Assembly: GCF_006345805.1 (NCBI RefSeq) | Contig: NW_021826409.1 | Coordinates: forward strand, 1 to 12,778 | Reading direction: 5' to 3' | Source: Octopus sinensis | Taxonomy: Eukaryota | Length of the DNA: 12,778 bases | Shown: positions 8,445 through 12,778 of the stretch, one piece after another | Numbering within the stretch: the first letter of the stretch is position 1 | How the letters are laid out: each line of letters starts with the position of its first letter | Notes under the pieces: model-generated | What the model saw: only the letters and a program-made list of their open reading frames with translations | The model's database searches: none | What the model was told of the DNA's origin: nothing | Position numbers and translations under genes: made by a program

Positions 8445-9264
8445 AAACTCATTTACGAACTATGAGATCGCTTGTTGTCCTCTAAATACGATCTAGTGTC
8501 AAGTCCTATAATAGATTATGAAAAGGCGTACCCGATGCTAAAATTTCAGAGCTTTATCAGGTGCTCGGATTTACTCGTATGAAAATCCTTCATGGATTAG
8601 GAATTTTCACAATCACCGGGATTACTGACATCAGCAGGAAAACACTTGACGAAGCTAGAGACTTTGGTTATTGACCAAACAGATTCCACTGTCCAATTTT
8701 ACGTGTCACCGATGCTCAGTGAAGGATTCTTTCTCAAAAATGGTACGTCTACCACGATGCTACTCCCCATACCTTCACCGATGATCCTTGGCCGAGTGGT
8801 TGCTAGGTGTTGTGCCTTTCCAAAGGCCAGCACCTTTTTTAGTCCGGAACAGCATATTTACGTATCTACTGCTAATACTACTCGTCACATGGAAACCCAC
8901 CATGCGAGTCCCCAGTCCGCTAATGCCGTTTGATGTGGCCTCGCAGTTATGGTACACATATACACGCTTACATAGAAATACACACACACACACACACACA
9001 CACACGGGTTTGCTGATACAAACAGGAAAATACAAAATACAAAAATACAAGCATGAGTGTATATATTTATTTATTATGAGAAATCTTGAAATAAGACTGA
9101 ATAATGACATATATACATATATACATATGAGAAAATACACATACATACATTTATGTCTAGACATGTAACTATATGCATGACAATGTATGCATAAAACAAA
9201 AGCATACGAATCTGCGCATACAACGACTGCAAATACTGCACATATAGATGCATACATACAAAAA

Positions 9265-9357
9265 TAATTTCTTGATGTTATTAAAATTCCAATGAAGGAG
9301 CCTTGGATCTAGGTTAGAAACCGGTTCTTTCTCTATTGGCAAGAAATCTTGAAATAT
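9265..9357 (+). repeat. Short structured interspersed repeat (motif A) abutting a (CATA)n array
   Basis: 9289-9339 aligns without gaps (35/51 identical) to 9779-9829. Its tail AGAAATCTTGAAATA (9342-9356) recurs at 9079-9093. Confidence 0.6.
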
Positions 9358-9425
9358 ATACATACATACATACATACATACATACATGCATGCATACAAA
9401 CATACATACATACATACATACATGC

Positions 9426-9456
<31 letters not shown>

Positions 9457-9457
9457 C

Positions 9458-9488
<31 letters not shown>

Positions 9489-9610
9489 CATACATACATA
9501 CATACATACATACATACATACATGCATACAAACATACATACATACATACATGCTTACATACATATACATACATACATACATGCATACATACATGTATGCA
9601 TACATACATA
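9355..9610. repeat. (CATA)n tetranucleotide array
   Basis: Directly visible. Confidence 0.95.
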
Positions 9611-9619
9611 GCCAGCCCT

Positions 9620-9757
9620 GTCTGAGTCCAGAAGCCTTTGTTCGCCAATTTGTTAGTCGGATTTCTGTGTGTAAAACTAGATTATCTTAACGAAGAGTTA
9701 AGATTTAAGTGTCCTTAGACATAAACCTTCGCTAACCTATGCCAACATGACAAACCA
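9620..9757 (+). repeat. Unclassified interspersed repeat X, copy 1 (37-bp internal deletion relative to copy 2)
   Basis: Aligns to 11055-11231 from GTCTGAGTCCAGA to CCAACATGACAAACCA. Orientation is arbitrary. Confidence 0.85.
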
Positions 9758-9778
9758 TTTGTGTGCGTGAAATACATC

Positions 9779-9837
9779 CCAAAGATGGAGCCTTGTATCT
9801 TTCATGGAAACTGGCTCCCTCCTCAGTGGAAGATTTA
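9779..9837 (+). repeat. Structured motif B, a diverged relative of motif A; its tail is interrupted by the Helitron
   Basis: Stem GGAGCC/GGCTCC; gapless alignment to 9289-9339. Confidence 0.55.
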
Positions 9838-10230
9838 TCTCTCTATATATAAAGCTGAAGTTGTCTGTGTATGGCAGGTTTGGTAGCCTTCAACTAACAC
9901 TATCTCCTCCGAGACCCTGCGGTACAAGTTGACCAAAATTGAAAGTATGATAGAAGAAGACTTGCTCTTCCATCCGTAGAAGAAAAAATTCAAATCGGAC
10001 CATGTTAACACCAAAAATTATTTACATCAACAAGGTGCTTTTTTTCTATGAAAAGCCCTATTTTTTACGATTTTTTTTACTGCTGTGTCGCCATTTTTCG
10101 ATGTATTTCAACCAGAAAAATGTTCACTTAAAGAGAATAACAACCTGCATAATGCAAATTTTTTTCTTTTGAAAAATTCCAATCCTAAAGGGTCGAAACA
10201 AACCCGACCAACGCCGGGCGATACTGCTAG
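9838..10230 (+). mobile_element. Non-autonomous Helitron (393 bp)
   Basis: 5' end A|TCTCTCTATATATAAAG; 3' GC-rich hairpin CCCG-ACCAACGC-CGGG (10203-10218), 8 nt, then CTAG|T. Inserted between A and T with no TSD. Confidence 0.88.
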
Positions 10231-10251
10231 TAATAATTAAAAATAGAAGAG

Positions 10252-10825
10252 ACATACATACATACATACACACAATACATACATAACATACACCACCATA
10301 CATACATACATACATACATACATACATACATAACATACATACATTATACCTACATACATACATACATACATACATACATACATACATAATGCATACATAC
10401 ATACATTACATACATACGTACATACACACACACTACATACATACCACACACACATACATAACATACATAAACACATACATACATACATACATACATACAT
10501 ACGTACGTACACTAACATACATACATACATACATATATACATACATACATACATACATAATACATAACATACATACATACATACATACATACATCATGCA
10601 TGCATACATACATACATACAATACATACATACATACATACATACCTACATTACATATATACATACATACATACATACATACATACATACATGCATGCCAT
10701 ACATACATACATACATACATACATACCACAATACATACATACATGGGCATGCATACATACATACATACATACAACTACATACATACATACATACACATAC
10801 ATACTACATACATACATACATGACA

Positions 10826-10856
<31 letters not shown>

Positions 10857-10890
10857 CAAACATACTCATACCTGCACATATCTGCACACA
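10252..10890. repeat. Long degenerate (CATA)n array
   Basis: Directly visible; explains the HTYI/MYVC ORFs. Confidence 0.95.
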
Positions 10891-11054
10891 TGAACTTCTG
10901 TGCAACTTCCGTTCACAATATTTCACTAGGGAGACATTGGTCTTTTCAAGGCTGTATACTTGTAGAAGAGACTACCTCAGGGTGCCGTGCAACACTATCA
11001 AACGCAAGATTGAACGAGTACAAACGAAAACTTGTCAAGTCCAGAGTCAGTTCC

Positions 11055-11231
11055 GTCTGAGTCCAGACTCCTTCGTTCACTAGTTTGTTAGTCGGATTTC
11101 CATGTGATAAAACCAGATTATCTTAACGAAGTGTTAAGAGTTAAATGTCCTTAGCTATGGCAGACGTAACTCACTGCCATCTAGCGGCGAGACATTAAAC
11201 CTCCGCTAACCTATACCAACATGACAAACCA
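11055..11231 (+). repeat. Unclassified interspersed repeat X, copy 2 (may extend upstream to ~10890)
   Basis: Aligns to 9620-9757 and carries an extra 37 bp at 11155-11191. Confidence 0.85.
11174..11187 (-). promoter_or_regulatory. CTCF-like binding motif CCGCTAGATGGCAG
   Basis: Matches the bilaterian CTCF core CC(A/G)(C/G)(C/T)AG(A/G)(G/T)GGC(A/G)(C/G) at all positions. Motif match only; no binding evidence. Confidence 0.45.
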
Positions 11232-11340
11232 GCTGTGACTCATTTACAGATGAAAACTAAATGCAATTGAATATGCGTGGCGACTAAGTTACATATATAC
11301 ATATTTATTGAAAGCACTGCTTATTGAAGTAGAGTAATTT

Positions 11341-11418
11341 TGTAATTAAATATGCTAATGTATTAGGTTCCCTGTACACCGAGACATCTGTAATTAAATA
11401 TGCAGATAGATTAGGTTC
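11341..11418. repeat. Bipartite direct repeat TGTAATTAAATATGC-N7-TTAGGTTC, two copies with 48-bp period
   Basis: 11341-11370 and 11389-11418. Confidence 0.8.
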
Positions 11419-11639
11419 TTTTTGTTTCTTTGGTTTGTTGTTGTTGTGAATGTTTTTGCTGGTGTTTTTTTTCTTTTTGCTATGTTTTTGTTTTTTTAAA
11501 TTAGGTTTATGAATTCAGAAATGAAAAAATAAAAAAAATATAAAGAAAATAGAACCAAAAAGTAAAAAAAATACAATTCGTGTTCACTTTCATGTCAGCT
11601 AATAAATGTTTCAAAGTATATAGTCAAACACGACGCGCA

Positions 11640-11734
11640 TATATATATATTATATAGATATATATATGTATATATACTATAATATATATGAATATATATG
11701 TGTATATATATATACATACATATATATATATATA

Positions 11735-11782
<48 letters not shown>

Positions 11783-11984
11783 TATATATATACAGACAAT
11801 ATATATATTACACATGTATACATACAATATATATATACACATATGCATAAATAAATATATATATTATATGTATATATAATATATACATCATATATATATA
11901 CATATACATAAATACATATATATGATTATATGTATTTGTATACATACATATATATTTGTACATACACACACACGCACACGCATA
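11640..11984. repeat. (TA)n-rich microsatellite tract
   Basis: Directly visible. Confidence 0.95.
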
Positions 11985-12278
11985 CAGTGTTTAGGGCAGA
12001 GGACTAGCGGTCGTAGGATCGCGGTTTCGATTCCACGACCGGGCATTGTGAGTGTTTATTGAAAGAAAGCACCTAAAGCTCTACGAGGCTCCGGCAGTGG
12101 GGGTGGGAACCCTGCTGTACACTTTCACCACAGCTTTCTCTTACTCATTCTTCATGTTTCTGTCGCACCTGTATTTCAAAGAGCCAGCTTTGTTACACTC
12201 TGCGTCACGCTGAATCTCCCCGAGAACTACGTTAAGGGTACACTTGTCTGTGGAGTGCTCAGCCACTTGTACGTTAAT
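11985..12278 (+). mobile_element. Second, 5'-truncated copy of the 8067-8444 SINE family
   Basis: Colinear with 8085-8368. Starts mid A-box (CAGTGTTTAGGGCAG); B box GGTTTCGATTCC retained; homology stops after ACGTTAAT at 12278. Confidence 0.9.
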
Positions 12279-12462
12279 AAATGAGCTGCGACATCACTGG
12301 TGCCAAGCTGTATTGGCCTTTGACCTTCCCTTGAATAACATCGGTAGCGTGGAGAGAGGAGGCTGGTATGCGTGGGCGACTGCTGGTCTTCCATAAAACA
12401 ACCTTGCCCAGACTTGTGCCTCGGAGGGAAACTTTCTAGGAGCAATCCCATGGTCATTCATG
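12279..12462 (+). mobile_element. Different GC-rich repeat module fused to the SINE 3' side
   Basis: Unrelated to the 3' end of the 8067-8444 copy and followed by a TG/TA microsatellite. Recalled as an octopus repeat (unverified). Confidence 0.5.
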
Positions 12463-12778
12463 TGTGTGTGTGTGTATATATATATATCTATAAAATCGTT
12501 AATTACAAATCACAAATCTTGAAATTACAGCAACCCAGAGTTTCATGGTCGAAATAATTTATTCTGCCATTTACCAAGCTGAAAACAAGACCGTTTGTCC
12601 AGTTATCTTTTGAGCAGGTAACATTTAAACAAGAGAGGTATGTAAAGAGAGAAAGCGGTGACGGACAGCCCTAAAACTTCCTCAGACCTATTCTTATGAC
12701 TAGATGATAGAGGAGGTGGTGAGGTTGTAGAAGAATTTTTTATCAGTAAAGCGAGCATCCTGTAGGGCCTTATTATAA

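Noticed and set aside
8800-8945. HDV-like or twister ribozyme at the putative LINE 5' end
   Set aside because: A possible P1 (GAGGCCA/TGGCCTT, minus strand) lacks the P3/L3 pattern. The GAGTCCCCAGTCC string lacks the downstream GAGGG pseudoknot partner of twister.
38-12557. The ORF-track peptides rich in HT, VC, YI, MYVC, SL or RKEG
   Set aside because: They are translations of CA/TG/TA/CATA/CT/CCTT microsatellites that lack stops in some frames; there is no coding signal.
12608-12643. Plus-strand micro-exon between GAGCAG|GTAAC and GAG|GTATGT
   Set aside because: It would be only 20 nt, not frame-preserving, and has no recognisable peptide or supporting neighbouring exons.
1-12778. CRISPR array, rRNA or prokaryotic operon/defence system
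   Set aside because: There are no regularly spaced repeats with unique spacers and no gene-dense organisation; the sequence is clearly repeat-rich eukaryotic DNA.

Overview
This is AT-rich, repeat-dominated eukaryotic non-coding DNA, most likely intronic or intergenic. The microsatellite load (roughly a third of the window by eye) and the SINE families recall octopus/cephalopod genomes; this is recognition from memory, not a database hit. I found no intact host gene. All track ORFs except one are microsatellite artefacts or unrecognisable. The exception (5457-6047, minus) is part of a decayed mariner transposase. Supported elements: a mariner MITE (724-945), an (AAT)n-tailed retroposon-like repeat, a Penelope-like fragment with a minimal hammerhead ribozyme motif (1730-1775), four tRNA-derived SINE copies from three families, a truncated mariner (5289-6180) and a canonical non-autonomous Helitron (9838-10230). 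A two-copy repeat is also present, and one copy carries a CTCF-like motif in a hairpin arm. The best leads are the hammerhead, a pair of diverged 51-nt hairpin motifs next to (CATA)n arrays (9289-9339, 9779-9829), the CTCF-bearing repeat, a perfect 19-bp hairpin (6414-6461) and an unexplained coding-like block (8457-8950).
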